NCBI GenBank assembly: GCA_052327205.1
Contig: CM126225.1
Coordinates: forward strand, 11,346,001-11,410,000
DNA: 64,000 bases
Origin: Somniosus microcephalus
Lineage: Eukaryota
Reading direction: 5' to 3'
Made by a program: the position numbers and the translations under genes. A model generated the notes under the pieces. The model was given only the letters and a program-made list of their open reading frames with translations. It was not told the DNA's origin and searched no databases. How positions within the stretch are numbered: the first letter of the stretch is position 1; every line of letters starts with the position of its first letter. This document shows positions 24,926 through 38,790 of the stretch, one piece after another.

Positions 24926-25390
24926 GTGTCAGCTGTTGCTCAGTGTGCAGCTCTCTCACCCGAGTCAGAAGTTTGTGGGTTCACAGTCCCACTCCAGAGA
25001 CTTGAGTACATAAAATCTAGGCTGACACTCCCAGTGCAGTACTGAGGGAATGCTGCACTGTTGGAGGTGCCGTCTTTCGGATGAGACATTAAATCGAGGC
25101 GGTGTCTGCCCTCGCAGGTGGATGTAAAAGATCCCATGGCACTATTCGAAGAAGAGCAGGGGAGTTATCCCCGGTGTCCTGGGCCAATCTTTGCCCCTCA
25201 ACCAACACCTCAAAACTGATTATCTGGTCATCATCCTATTGTTGTTTGTGGGAGCTTGCTGTGCGCAAATTGGTTGCTGCGTTTCCTACATTACAACAGT
25301 GGCTACACTTCAAAAGTACTTCATTGCCGGTAAAGCGCTTCGGGATGTCCTGAGGTCGTGAAAGGCGCTATAGAAATGCAAGTCTTTCTT
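24926..25390 (+). mobile_element. DeuSINE-type SINE
   Basis: Full-length homologue of 11251-11705. Confidence 0.8.
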
Positions 25391-25414
25391 CTAAGGGCAC
25401 GTTTCCATGGTTGT

Positions 25415-25720
25415 GAGTACAGGGGTCACAGTCTCAGGATAAGGGGTCGGCCATTTAGGACTGAGATGAAGAGAAATTTCTTCACTCAGAGGGTGGTGAA
25501 TCTTTGGAATTCTCTACCCCAGAGGGCTGTGGAGGCTCAGTCGTTGAGTATATTCAAGACAGAGATCGAAAGATTTTTGGATGTTAAGGGAATCAAGGAA
25601 TATGGGAATAGTGCGGGAAAGTGGAGCTGAGGTAGAAGATCAGCCATGATCTTATTGAATGGCGGAGCAGGCTCGAGGAGCCGAATGGCCGACTCCTGCT
25701 CCTATTTCTTATGTTCATAT
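25415..25720 (+). mobile_element. CR1 LINE 3' fragment
   Basis: RGHSLRIRGRPFRTEM..RNFFTQRVVNLWNSLP plus 3' UTR. Confidence 0.9.
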
Positions 25721-26039
25721 GTACACCTTGATACTAGAGCAAAGAGGCCATTACCCATCATGTGTAAACCTTAGTGAGTCTCAATAGGCTATGCAGCTGT
25801 GGATGGTTTCATGGATGAGCCCCATTTGTGCTCACATGATGTCCACTCAAGTGCAATTCCAGCAGTTGTCACTGAGAAACGATCTGGACCAGGAAGCTAG
25901 GCTGATAATCTTCTCCCTAACCAAGAGGCACTAACAGAGCAGAATGCAGGGTCAAGCCTGGACCTGCTGTCCTTACCCGGTCTGGCCTATAGGTGACCCC
26001 AGTCCCACACCCGTGTGGTTGACCACGAACTGCCCTCTG

Positions 26040-26482
26040 AAATTTTAGCTATGAGGAAAGATTGGATAGGCTGGGCTTGTTTTCATTGGAATAGAGGAGG
26101 CTGAGGGGTGATTTAATTGACGTGTATAAAATTATGAGGGGCCTAGATAGAGTGAATTTGAAGGACCTATTTCCCTTAGCAGAAAGGTCAATAACCAGGG
26201 GGCATAGATTTAAAGTAATTGGTAGAAGGATTAGTGGGGAGGTGAGGAGAAGTTTTTTCACCCAGAGGGTGGTGGGGGTCTGGAACTCACTGACTGCAAG
26301 GGTGGTGGAGGCAGAAACCTTCACTGCATTTAAAAAGTGCTTGGATATGCACTTGAAGTGCTGTAACCTACAGGGCTACAGACCAAGAGCTGGAAAGTGG
26401 GATTAGGCTGGATAGCTCTTTTTCAGCCGGCACAGACATGATGGGCCGAATGGCCTCCTTTCTATGATTCGATGATTCTATG
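26040..26482 (+). mobile_element. CR1 LINE 3' fragment (second subfamily, (attctatg)n tail)
   Basis: ORF 26122..26406. Confidence 0.9.
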
Positions 26483-28754
26483 AAAGTGGCCTAGCAAACT
26501 GCTTAGTTGTACAAAAATCACGACACAGTATTTCAAGACGGCCGCCCACCACCACCTTCTCGGGGCAACTAGGGATGGGCAATAAGTGCTGGTCTTGCCA
26601 CCTCAATAAGGCCATAGAGGGGGCTGATGTGATAAATGGAAATGTCACACGGGACACCGTACTGAGGTGGTGACGGTTTGGTGGGCAAGTGCCTGTCAGA
26701 GTCTTGATAGGATTGTCTCTTTATAAAATTACCAATCACACAGTCACGCCTGCAACTGCACACATCTACCACTAGCCAGAGCTTAATCAGCTGCAGATCC
26801 CCATATGTATTAATTATATATTAATTGCTGATTTTATGAAATAAGAGATTGGTTTGCAGGAACGTATGAGTATTTAGCGTGTAAAATTCATCCACTGATG
26901 ACTATTTACTTACAACCTGGCTAAAACTACATACAGTACAATGACCACTTGGAAAATATGGACACCTGCAAGGAACAGGCAGCTGATGCAAGTGCCCTAG
27001 GTGTCCATAATTCACAGGTTTCACTCTATATACCTACTGCATCACTAATGCACTCTGAGGGTAATTTGCTTTGTCCTGACTTTCCATGGGCCTCGGCACA
27101 AGAGATCCATTAATAGTCCAGTTAAAAAGCCACACATCTTTTAAAAGTGCCAAATTAGCAGTTTGTCTCAGTCCTCTGGTTTATTGATTGTGATGCCCCT
27201 TAGGTTCCCTGAGCACACTGCCTTCAGTGTAGATTGTTTTTGCTCTCGTTCTCGAATCTCATTTCTTCTGTTTTGTTTAAAACTACACTGTGACCCTGGA
27301 ACTCAATTCTCCTTGTCTTCATCTTCGAATCCATTACGGGTGCAAGTTTCAATCATTAGATCGCAGCTTCTTTCGAGGGTTCGGAAGCCCAAGCAATATT
27401 CACTTGCGACCCTTCCGATCCAACGCTGCTTAACTCAATGGACTTTGACATTATTTTATTCACTTGCCCAAAGGATAGAGTAGAAGCACTCAGAAAGAAT
27501 TGAAAGTCTTATTTCTCACAAATGCAAAACAGCACTTGTACTAACAATTTCAACTATCGCTTCCCATTTGTCACAGAGAGGGCATCTGAAAAGGATACAT
27601 TCTCTTTATCCCTCTTCCCTCCCCACCCCACTTTGTACAGGGACAGAAGCTGGAACTCACAGGCTGGCTGTACTTTGCACAAGCAGACTGCCTCGCTCCC
27701 TCTCCCCCGCTCCCCGCCAACCCCCCCCCCCAATGCTCCCCACTCAATCCTGCACAAGGAAGGAAGCAGTATACAAACTGTCTCCCTCCCTCTCTCCCTC
27801 ACAACCTCCCTCCCTCACTTGCTCGCTCTCTCCCTCCCTCCCCATCCCAACTGCACAGGGAGAGAGGCAGTGTATAAACAGACTCCCTCTCTCTGTCCCT
27901 CTGTCCCTCACTCACTCACTGGTTCGCTCGCTCTTCCCATTATCACACTGCTGTTTGTGGGAGCTTGCTGTGCGCAAATTGGCTGCCGCGTTTCCTACAT
28001 TACAACAGTGACTACACTTCAAAAAGTACTTTATTGGCTGTAAAGTGCTTTGGGACGTCCGGTGGTCATGAAAGGCGCTATAGAAATGCAAGTCTTTATT
28101 TACATTTGGAGCTCGGGCTTCATGTGTGTCGGGCACTGCTCACACCTGTGGAGCTAGAGGCTGACCTCACTCTCTAATGTGAGGTCCACTCACTATAATA
28201 AATATTCAGCATGCTGTGTGTTAAGCACTTGGAGCGGCACAAGATCAGAGAAAAAACGTGCCTTTTGGGTCCTCAGGATGTCCCATGAGAACATAAGAAT
28301 TAGGAGCAGGAGTAGGCCATCCGCCATTCAATAAGATCATGGCTGACTCTCCCGCCTGATCCCCATATCCCTTGATTCCCCTCGAGTCCAAAAATCTATC
28401 GATCTCAGCCTTCAATATACTCAACGACTGAGCATCCACAGCTCTCTGGGGCAGGGAATTCCAAAGAATTCCCAAAGTGCTTTCGAGCCAAAGAATTACT
28501 TTTTTGAGGTGCAGTCGCTGTTGTTGTGTTGGCAAGGGAGACAGTCAATTCGCGCACAGTAAGATTCCACCAACAGCAATGAGATGAAGATGAATGACCA
28601 GGTTAGCTGTTTTGCAGGTCTTGGCCAGGACAGAAGCAGTGTTCCCCAGCTCTTATTCGACTGGTGCTGTGGGATCTTTTACATCCAGCTGTGGAGGCAG
28701 ATGGGGTCGGTTTAACATCTCATCCAAATGATTACCGCACCTGGAGCACTGCGC

Positions 28755-30116
28755 TCAGTTCCGGGCCCCGCACCTCAGGAAGGATAGATTGGCCTTGGAG
28801 GGGGAGGAGCGCAGATTCACCAGAATGATACCGGGGCTTAAAGGTTCAAATTATGAGGACAGGTTGCATAAACCTGGCTATTTAGAAGGTTGAGAGGCAG
28901 TCTAATGGAGGAGTTTCAAATGATAAAGTGATCCTATTGGGTAGATACAGAGAAACTATTGCCTCTGGTGGGAAAGTCCAGAGCAAGAGGGCATAACCTT
29001 AAAATTAGAGCTAGGCCGTTTAGGAGTGAAATCAGGAAACACTTTTTCACACAAAGGGTAGTGGAAATCTGGAACTCACTCCCCCAAAATACTGTGGGCT
29101 AGGGGCACGCATGGCCACATAAGTACATCAATTATGGTTGGTAATGAAGAAGAAAGCTGCAGACTGCAGGAAGAAATCAATGGACTAGTCAGGTGGGCAG
29201 AACAGTGGCAAATGGAATGCAATCTGGAGAAGTGTGAGGTAATGCATTTGGGGAGGGTTAACAAGGCAAGGAAATACATTATAAATGGTAGGACACTGAG
29301 AAATGCAGAAAATCAGAGGGACCTTGGAGTGCATGTCCACAGATCCCTGACGGTAGCAGGACAGGTAGATAAAGTGGTTAAGCAGGCATACAGGATACTT
29401 GCCTTTATTAGCCGAGGCGTAGAATATAAGAGCAGGGAGGTTATGCTTCAACTGTATAAAACACTAGTTAGGCTGCAGCTAGAATACTGCGTGCAGTTCT
29501 GGTCACCACATTACAGGAGGGATGTGATTGCACTAGAGGGGGTGCAGAGGAGATTTACGAGGATGTTGCCAGGGCTGGAGAATTTTAGCTACGAGGAAAG
29601 ATTGGATAGGCTGGGGTTGTTTTCTTTGGAACAGAGGAGGCTGAGAGGAAACCTAATTGAGGTGTATAAAATTATGAGTGGCCTAGATAGAGTGGATAGG
29701 AAGGACGGGATGGATGGGCGGCGCGGACACGATGGGCCGAAGGGCCTCTTTCTGTGCTGTAAAACTCTATGACTCTATGACTCTATGACCTATTTCCCTT
29801 AGCAGAAAGGTCAATAATCAGGGGGCATAGAATTAAAGTAATTGGTAGAAGGATTAGAGGGGAGCTGAGGAGAATTTTTTTCACCCAGAGGGTGGTGGGG
29901 GTCTGGAACTCACTGCCTGAAAGGGTGGTAGAGGCAGAAACCCTCATCACATTTAAAAATACTTGGATATGCACTTGAAGTGCCGTAACCTACAAGGCTA
30001 CGGATCAAGTGCTGGAATGTGGGATTAAGGAGAGCTCTTTGTCGGCCTGTGCAGACAAGATGGGCCGAATGGCCTCCTTCTGTTCTGTAAATTTCAATGA
30101 TTCCATGATTCTATGA
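28755..30116 (+). mobile_element. Cluster of CR1 fragments; the main copy (29130-30116) carries a ~80-bp CR1 tail inserted at about 29707-29786
   Basis: ORF 29134..29772: LQEEINGLVRWAEQWQM...LEYCVQFWSP; the RT sequence resumes after (actctatg)n. Confidence 0.9.
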
Positions 30117-31260
30117 ATTATGCTCTGTAGTCTGGGGAACAATGCCACCTGGTAGAAGTGGAGGGTTGTTTCATACTACTGCTGCTTTTGAATCGCTGCC
30201 CCTCATTTACATATGAATCAAGGCTTTAATCAGTCTGGAGCACAACTGTTGCCCAGGCTCTAAGCCTGGAGCATATCCGGGCTCACGTTACACAGCGCTG
30301 TGTGGATGGTGAGCTCGGTGGTCCTCAGCGCCCCCCGATGGGGGGGGGAGTCAGCACCCGATGCACTACTGTCGCTGAAGGTTGCATTGACAGCCCCCTA
30401 CGTTTTAACGTCAGAGTGAATACAATTGTGGCAATAACATTGGACAAAGAGTAGGTTTTATTTGAGGTCATTTAATTGCCCGCGTTATGCTTTTATACAT
30501 CAAGGTGTCTTCTGCTCGCCCAATCCTAAAAAGTGAAGAAGACTTGTCGTCTCATTTCTGAATATCATATTAAAAAAAGCTGAAACTCAAAACATCAAAC
30601 ACTCCAAGCCCCAAACTGTAAACATTAGACTTGATGGGCCGAATGGCCTCCTTCTGTGCTGTACTATTGCAACACCAGCAAACGATTTGGAGACAAACCA
30701 CAGTTTCTATTTGGCTGCAAAGTGCTCAGTGGCTGGAGCTCAGAATTTGCCTGTTGTCTTAATTTAAGAGAAGAACATTGTGATCTTTGGCTTTGGATTA
30801 CTAAAGCTGATTCTCATGGTCTAAACATTAGCTTCAAGGGAAATGCACTAACCCAGAAAGCAGAACATGTTGAATTTGCTTTGCTGAATTCTTTTTTGGG
30901 GGGGATCACCCCTCTAGTTTCCTCCTTTGTTTTCTCGCTTGAGGTGGGGGTAAGGTGCGATCAGCAACACGCACCCTCTGGTACTTTACTCAAGTGATCA
31001 GCCTTCATGTACAACCCTTCGTGTCAACAGGTTACGTGACTGTAGAGATCATTACAGTCGAGCATGATCTTATTCTCACCCGCAAATCCACACACAGGCA
31101 CGGGGTAATTTTAATCTAAGCCGTCTGTCGGGAAACCCACAGGATCGGGTGGAATGCCGGTTTTACATCCCGCCCAATAATACTCTCCGTTAACTTAGAT
31201 TAAAATTTCCCCCACACTCTTTCTAGCAGGGGTCACTGGTCAGTGACGGGAGATGCAAAC

Positions 31261-31487
31261 TGACATGAATCAGTCATTCATGAAAGAAAGACTTATGAAA
31301 TAATACTGAGCGACCTACGGGTGGCGCTGTCCAGGGAGAGTATAAATACTCGGGCACGGGCCCAGCTTGCGCAGGACATTCTTAACAGGAACTAGTGAAG
31401 GACACAACTAGACCTCCATGTTGTAAAACAGTTAATTAAAGCTTTGTTTAATGCATAGATTAAGTGCCTAGTAGTTTTCTTACGTCA
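31261..31487 (+). mobile_element. Solo LTR, ~229-bp family
   Basis: TGAC...GTCA ends, TSD CAAAC/CAACC (1 mismatch). Confidence 0.8.
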
Positions 31488-31509
31488 CAACCATTTTGAT
31501 TTTTCCTCT

Positions 31510-32135
31510 ATTCACAACAACAACAACTTGCATTTATATAGCACTGTTACATAGTAAAACATCCCAAGGCACTTCACAAACAAAAGCTTGGTCAAAGAGG
31601 TAGGTTTTAAGGAGCGTCTTAAAGGAGAAGAGAGAGGCCATCAATATAAGAGAGTCACCAATAAATCAAATAGGGAATTCAGAAGAAACTTCTTTACCCA
31701 GAGAGTGGTGAGGATGTGGAACTCGCTACCACAGGGAGTGGTTGAAGCGAAAGTATAGATGCATTTAAGGGGAGGCTAAATAAGCATATGAGGGAGAAGG
31801 GAATAGAGGGTTATGCTGATACAGTTAGATAAGGAAAGGCGGGAGGAGGCTCGAGTGGAGCATAAATGCCGACATGGACTGGTTGGGCCGAATGGCCTGT
31901 TTATGTGCCGTATATCCCAGGTAATCCTGCGTAGGTAGAAATGCAGAGAGGTTTAGGGAGCGAATTCCAGAGCTTGGGGCCCAGGCAGCTGAAAGCACAG
32001 CCGCCAATGGTGGAACGATTTAAATTGCCGATGCGCAAGAAGCTAGAATTGGAGGAGCACAGAGAACTCGGGGGGTGTAGAGCTGGAGGAGGACACAGAA
32101 ATGAGGAGCAACAAGGTCATGGAGGGAATTTAAAA
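31510..32135. mobile_element. Minus-strand L2 fragment interrupted by a plus-strand CR1 3' end (about 31635-31925)
   Basis: L2 tail motifs flank RNFFTQRVVRMWNSLP-type sequence. Confidence 0.7.
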
Positions 32136-33806
32136 TGGCGCAGAAGACAGCTGTATTGCTTCTACTGTCAACCCAGCTAAAGAAACAAAGTCGATACAGA
32201 CCAGCAATCAAATCTGATCCAGGTCTCTGCCATGATCTCATTGAATGGCGGAACAGGCTCGAGGGGCTGAATGGCCTCCTCCTGTTCCTGTGGTCCGAGG
32301 TGGCACAGTTCCACACTGGCAGTGCACGTACAAACTGAGCCAATAGGGTGGCCAGTTATCTGAAATCTGAGCAAAGTCAAAGCTGGCTCATCCAAGACCA
32401 ACTTGCTGCTTAACCTCACCTGGGGAAGGCCACAGACAAACAAATGGAGGAAGAGAAGACAACCAGTTGACTGGCCTCCAATCACAGAACTACCGTAATT
32501 TAACAAATGGCGGGGGTGGGGGACGGATTTTCAACTGCAGCCCGCCCCTTTCTCACCTGGAAAAAGGGGTCTTAGCAAAGGAAATGAGGTGGGAGGATGG
32601 GGGGGAAACCTTGGTTAGCCCTTGGATACTCAAGGTCCGCATGATGCAATTTTCTGGCGAGTCTGTAAATGGGCGAACAGCAAGCCCGGTTATTTTGGGC
32701 GGGCAGCTGATTAAATATGGAAGTCAGGGTCCAATGCCACTGTAGGACGTAATCGCAATTTTGCAGTACCAGGCAGCGAGCGGCCTAATCTGTGGTCCTT
32801 AAAGGGACCACTGGTAGCTGCTCCATATATAGGGTCCCAAACCTTTTAAATTTACGTTTTGTCGGGCCAGGATGAGTAGCAGTGCTCTCTCCCTTGTGTA
32901 ATTCTGATGGTCCACTACACTCTCTTTTCTAACGTGTTTCTTATTTGTGTGCCTATAATTAAATATCAAACACACTTCTCTCCAATCTCCCCCCCCGCCC
33001 CCGCCATCTCCACCCCCACCACCGCCTCCAGGGCACAGACTACCCAAGCCCAAGAGAGTGAGTGACCTACTTCTAGCGTCTGCCAATGTCAGTCTGATCT
33101 AATGCCAGGGTGTGTGTTGAGTGCGGCCCAGGGATGACCCTCCAATTTTCCTTCTCTCCTCGGGGGGTCTCCACAGGAGACCAGGAGCTCAGCGGGTGGG
33201 TGGGTGGGCCGTTGGCGGTGACCTAACTCCCAACTGCCGTGGCAGACGATGCCTCAAGCCTGCTCGAAGTAAAATCCGAGGTTTCTTAAAGGCGATAACA
33301 TTTCTGAATAATATAATAAAATCATAAAGTGAATGATTTTTTTTCTGTGAAAGTATTTTAGACTAAATGTGACCCGCCATTCGGCTCTGGGTAGTTTTGC
33401 TCCGAGGCAATACTTACAATTTGCAACTGTTCTGTACCAATAAAAGGCAATAAAAAGCATCTTAATGCATCTCAAATATTTTTGGCAGACAAAAGAAAAC
33501 AAAATGCTGTGCCAAGGGATACGGAAAATGCTTACGGCTGCAACTGGGAGAAGTCTGAAGTTACCCTGTTGATTAACTGAGAGAATGTGCAAATAACTGG
33601 GTCAAGGCAGAACCGTGCCAATAAAAGCAAATTAAGATAATGGAACTGTTTTTCGGCAGGACACTTTCTGCAAGGGGATTGTTATGAGATACAACTTGTC
33701 AGAAAGGTCTTAGAAATAGAAACTGATGAACAGGCTCGCTGTACAAGAGGCGGGTCAACTTCTTCTTAACCAGAAATTGGAAGGTTTTAATCCCACGGTT
33801 ACCTAC

Positions 33807-34035
33807 TGACGTAAGAAAACTACTAGGCACTTGGTCTAAGCATTAAACAAAGCTTTAATCAACTGTTTTACAACATGGAGGTCTAGTTGTGTCCTTCACT
33901 AGTTCCTGTTAAAGAATGTCCTGAGCAAGCTGGGCCCCTGCCCGAGTATTTATACTGTTCCTGGACAGCGCCACCCGCAGGCCGCCCAGTATTATTTCAT
34001 AAGTCATTTCCACATGAATGACAAGATTCATGTCA
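33807..34035 (-). mobile_element. Solo LTR, ~229-bp family (inverted)
   Basis: Reverse complement of the other two copies; TSD CCTAC/CCTAC. Confidence 0.85.
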
Positions 34036-34664
34036 CCTACCATCTATATTTTTGTGGGATGAGCTTTGTTGGTCCTTAGTTGGGAAGTCTAAAGAAAGGG
34101 AAGAAGAAGACGACAACACTTCTTTTTTTTCCCCGCGCATTATGTGATCATACTGAATTTCTTACCTGAAGGAGGATGGGAATCACCACAAAGATAGAGA
34201 ATGGGGAGTAGGATATCCTATGGAAGACTAAACCAACATGAGATGGAGACGGGTCTCCATAAATCCCTTCACAACCTCACTCTTCTCTATCTCTGGAACT
34301 TCCTCCAGTGTTACAAACCCCTCCTCTTGAACTTTCTGCTCCTCTGTCTCTGGCCTCTGGTGAGTTACCCCATTCCTTCACCTCACCACTCGCGGCCATG
34401 CATTCACCTTCTAAACCCTCCCCAAATCCCTCTGCCTCACCTCTCTCAACACTTCTAATATCTACCCTCATACGAACATAGGAACGGGAAGAGGCCATTC
34501 AGCCCCTCGAGCCTGTTCCGTCACAAAAATGCAAGTTCTTTCTTATTTCCTTGGGTTGGCGTCCCTTTTTTTGCCCATGCCTCTGCGAAGTGTCTTGGAA
34601 CACTCTTCTACGTTAAAAGCGCTATATAAATGCAAGTTGTATTTCTTCCCCACCTGTACACATA

Positions 34665-35339
34665 GTGGGAAAAATTCAGTATCGCCCCGTTTGGGGCGCC
34701 ATTATCGGCCGTGCGCAAAGTTTAGCGCCTGGCGCTAATTATCGCCTCCAACGGCAAACTTGGCTTTTATCGCCCCTGGAGGTGATTGGAGCGCTAAATC
34801 AGGCGCTTCACACCTCTCTTAAGGCGCAAAGGCCGAGGAGCGAGGCGCTACCTCAGAGCGCTGGCGAAGCAAGGAAGGACAAATCAAAATGAACCTGCAA
34901 AGTGCTGCTCAGTACCCAAAACTCCTTCACACAGCGTTGAATCTCTCCAGAAGACTCTCTCTCTCTCTCAGAATGCGTGGTGCAAAAATGTCACCGACAA
35001 AAAAAGGCAGGAAGCGGTCGTCTTTAAATAGCGCTCCCCCAGTCCCTTTCTGACAGCATAACGCTCCCCTCAACCTGTCGTTGCTAGCGGCAGGCGGTAA
35101 GGCAGGGGGCGCCACTCAATATCTGGTCCGGGGCGCTACCGGGGCGTTGCGCACTCGACTGACGTCACGATCTGCCGGTGCAGGAGATCGTGGCGGTAGT
35201 GTTTAGTGCCACCGCAAAATGTCTAGTTAATTTCGCCAGCGGCGCAAACATCGCCGCGCCCGGACGCTAGTTGCTTTGCGCCCCATTAGCGCTCTCTTAA
35301 GGCGCTAGTGGGAGGCGCAAACAACTGAATTTTTCCCCC
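34665..35339. mobile_element. PIF/Harbinger-like MITE
   Basis: TIRs GTGGGAAAAATTCAGT...ACTGAATTTTTCCCCC; ATA on both sides. Confidence 0.8.
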
Positions 35340-35551
35340 ATAGTACTTGTACCAAAAAGCTTGCTGCTTCCTCTGTGGAAGCAGCTATCAGTTAAACGCT
35401 TGTTTGCTGAGCTTGAAAGATGAGTGTGTGGAGGGAATGATAAAATTTGCCCATTTCTGGGCTTTGACAGTGAGTCAAAATGCCGCATTATCCTCTCGGT
35501 TTCATTTGCCATATTGATTTATTGAGCAGGCTCGAAAGGCAGTTTACTTAC

Positions 35552-35651
35552 CAGGAACGTGCGGTGCCTCATGGTCTATCATGAAGGCATCAGACAGCCC
35601 TACTTTGACAGGATGCTGAGCAGAATTTATCTGAGTCACAGTTATTGGAAC
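35552..35651 (-). CDS. PLXDC1: PLXDC1-like internal exon, 100 bp
   Basis: Not in the ORF track; read by hand as [33 protein letters not shown]; ctctAG / GTaagt splice sites. Confidence 0.9.
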
Positions 35652-35943
35652 CTAGAGAATAGATTAAAAAGCAACATTAGCACCCAACCATTCATTTCAT
35701 CTGTGTAGGCTGACAAGGCGGTGAAATGTCCGTTCTTTACTCTCCATCTCTTCACCCCTGGAGGATATGAAGCTTTATGGCATGTTCTTTTCCAATCAGG
35801 TCAGACGCCACACAGAATGAGCAACATGCCTTAAATTCAGTCACTCTGAGTATTTAAAAAAGAGCTTGAACCAAGCACTTATTTTGACTTTTTCATCTTT
35901 AAATTTACAGGGCTCTTTTCTTTCATGCATTCTCAATAAAAAT

Positions 35944-36124
35944 NNNNNNNNNNNNNNNNNNNNNNNNNNNNNNNNNNNNNNNNNNNNNNNNNNNNNNNNN
36001 NNNNNNNNNNNNNNNNNNNNNNNNNNNNNNNNNNNNNNNNNNNNNNNNNNNNNNNNNNNNNNNNNNNNNNNNNNNNNNNNNNNNNNNNNNNNNNNNNNNN
36101 NNNNNNNNNNNNNNNNNNNNNNNN
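35944..36124. other. Assembly gap (N run)
   Basis: 181 N. Confidence 1.
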
Positions 36125-36800
36125 AGTGAGTGTGTGTGAGTGGGTGTGAGTGGGTGTGAGTGTGTGTCACTGTGTGTCACTGTGTGAGTGAGTGTGAGTG
36201 AGTGAGTGCGAGTGTGAGTGAGTGTGTGTGTGTGTGATTGTGAGTGATTGTGTGAGTGAGTGTGAGTGAATGTGTGAGGGAATATGTGAGTGTGAGAGTG
36301 TGAGTGTGTGAGTGTGTGAGTGAATGTGTGAGTGTGAGTGACTGTGAGTGTGTGAGTGAGTGTGAGCGTGACTGTGTGAGTGAGTGTGTGACTGTGAGTG
36401 TGAGTGAATGTGAATGAATGTGTGAATGTGAGTGAGAGTGAGAGTGAGAGTGAGTGTGTGAGTGTGAGTGTGACTGTGAGTGAGTGTGTGTTTGTGAGTG
36501 AGAGTGAGTGAGNNNNNNNNNNNNNNNNNNNNNNNNNNNNNNNNNNNNNNNNNNNNNNNNNNNNNNNNNNNNNNNNNNNNNNNNNNNNNNNNNNNNNNNN
36601 NNNNNNNNNNNNNNNNNNNNNNNNNNNNNNNNNNNNNNNNNNNNNNNNNNNNNNNNNNNNNNNNNNNNNNNNNNNNNNNNNNNNNNNNNNNNNNNNNNNN
36701 NNNNNNNNNNNNNNNNNNNNNNNNNNNNNNNNNNNNNNNNNNNNNNNNNNNNNNNNNNNNNNTGAGTGTGAGTGAGTGTGAGTGAGTGTGAGTGTGTGTG
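36125..36800. repeat. (GT/GA)n compound microsatellite containing a second N gap (36513-36762)
   Basis: Directly visible. Confidence 0.95.
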
Positions 36801-38349
36801 GGGGTACTGTATGTGATGAAGAACAATTTTAGAATGGAATTACAGAAGGGTGCAGCTTCCCATAGCTGGAGTGCCAGTGGAAGGCTATGTGTGGGTGGTG
36901 GACTGCCCAACAAATGAACAAATGATTGGTAGAACATTGAAGGATGCCTCATTAAAATAAATCTCAATGAACTGTTTCAATGCCTATGACCCATGGGTTA
37001 ATTATTGAAATCTAGAACTGAAAATCCTTACAAATCGGATGGTACAGTGGCTAGCACACTGTCCTTTCTCTGTTATGAACTAGCCTTCAAAACTGATGGG
37101 TCAGGTTTGCTCTTTCTGCTGGCTGTAAGTTCCCAAGTGAAATGGCTTCGTGGGAGTTTGGATCCAATACCAGTGAATCCAGAGCGTGAACGTATCCACA
37201 AGTTGGCATTAAAGTGGTAGATGTGGAAACCGGATTAGCCACACTGCTGTAGTAGGAAGTCACTCCTCTGACATTGGGAGTCAGGGCACATGGTTAGGAC
37301 AGAGTAGATATATCTACACTCTACATTAGGGATCACCAAGTGGCAGCCCATTGGCCACATATGACCTCTGATCCCCGGACATCCGGATCTCAAAACCCTA
37401 GCAATTCAGACCTATGCGTGCTTATGTTTCTTATTTGCTGACTTGTCCTGTTTGAAGGTTGTGGGCCTGGAGGTTTGGCAAAGGCACTCCATGATTCTGT
37501 TGCCTCAGAACACCAAGATCTGTTGGTATCAGAAGATTGAGGTATGTGCAAATGAATCGGAACGTGGATTTGATCTTTATACGTGGGAGCGTATACGTCG
37601 GACGCTCCACGTTATTCACCTACATGAGCCACAAAGACAAAAGTCTTGGGACGCTCCTGCTCTGCATCTAACCTGTTCTATAGCTGATCTGGGAGTTCTG
37701 GTTTCTGACACTGGATGCCAGAAGTTTAATTCCCCAGCACTGACATCTCTCATCGTGAAGAACACAAAACACTTCAGACTTTTCCTCTTTAAAGTATTTT
37801 AAAATCTAAGAATGCCAGCTGCAGGCTACTTTTACAAGTTTCTTTGGAATGAACCATCCATATTCCTTGATGACAGTTTCTATAGCAATTGTCTCATTTC
37901 ACATCTACAGAATAGCTAGTTGAGAGCAGGTCTCTTGATTGAATCTAACAGCAGTTCCTTTTATGTGAAGTGTTGCCTCCAGGGTTAGGAACCAAATTAC
38001 CACAATCTATATTCACCATCATCAAAAGCAACAGTTTCTAAAAGGTTTGGCGTGATTATTTCATTGCCACATTAAAAAAAAACAAGAGAAAACTAAAGGT
38101 CCATCAGTAATAAAGGAAAAACAACAGTGTATTAGCATCTGATTAGTGTATGTTAGTGCAGTCTAGATATTCAGATAATGGAATAATAAAGGGTTAGGCT
38201 TGGGTTTAAAGAGAGGTTCTGATGCATATCATGCTTTCTGCCCATGTAACTCATGCATACATTGTGCCAGCAATGGGTTCTGTGATATTCTTAGTGATAA
38301 TCTGAAATAACTGAATCCAAAATCCAGACTGATTTGGTGTCAGCTTTCC

Positions 38350-38790
38350 ATAAGAACATAAGAAATAGGAGCAGGAATAGGCCACTTGGCCCCTCGAGCC
38401 TGCTCCGCCATTCAATAAGATCATGGCTGATCTTGGGCTCAAAGCCACTTCCCCGCCCGCTCCCCATAACCCTTCACTCCCTTATCTTGCAAAAATCTGT
38501 CTATCTCCACCTTAAATGTATTTAATGACCCAGCCTCCACGGCTCTCTGGGGCAGAGAATTCCACAATTTACGACCCTCTGAGAGAAGAAATTCCTCCTC
38601 ATCTCAGTTCTAAAAGGGCGACCTTTTACTCTGAAACTGTGCCCCCGAGTTCTAGATTTCCCCACGAGGGGAAACATCCTCCCTGCATCTACCCTGTCGA
38701 GCCTCCTCAGGATATGTTTCAATAAGATCACCTCTCATTCTTCTAAATTCCAATGAGTATCGGCCCAACCTGCTCAACCTTTCTTCCTAA
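38350..38790 (-). mobile_element. CR1 LINE 3' fragment
   Basis: ORF 38522..38731 plus CR1 3' UTR. Confidence 0.88.

Noticed and set aside
35841-36967. ORFs with X runs and His/Thr-rich text
   Set aside because: Artefacts of N gaps and a GT/GA microsatellite
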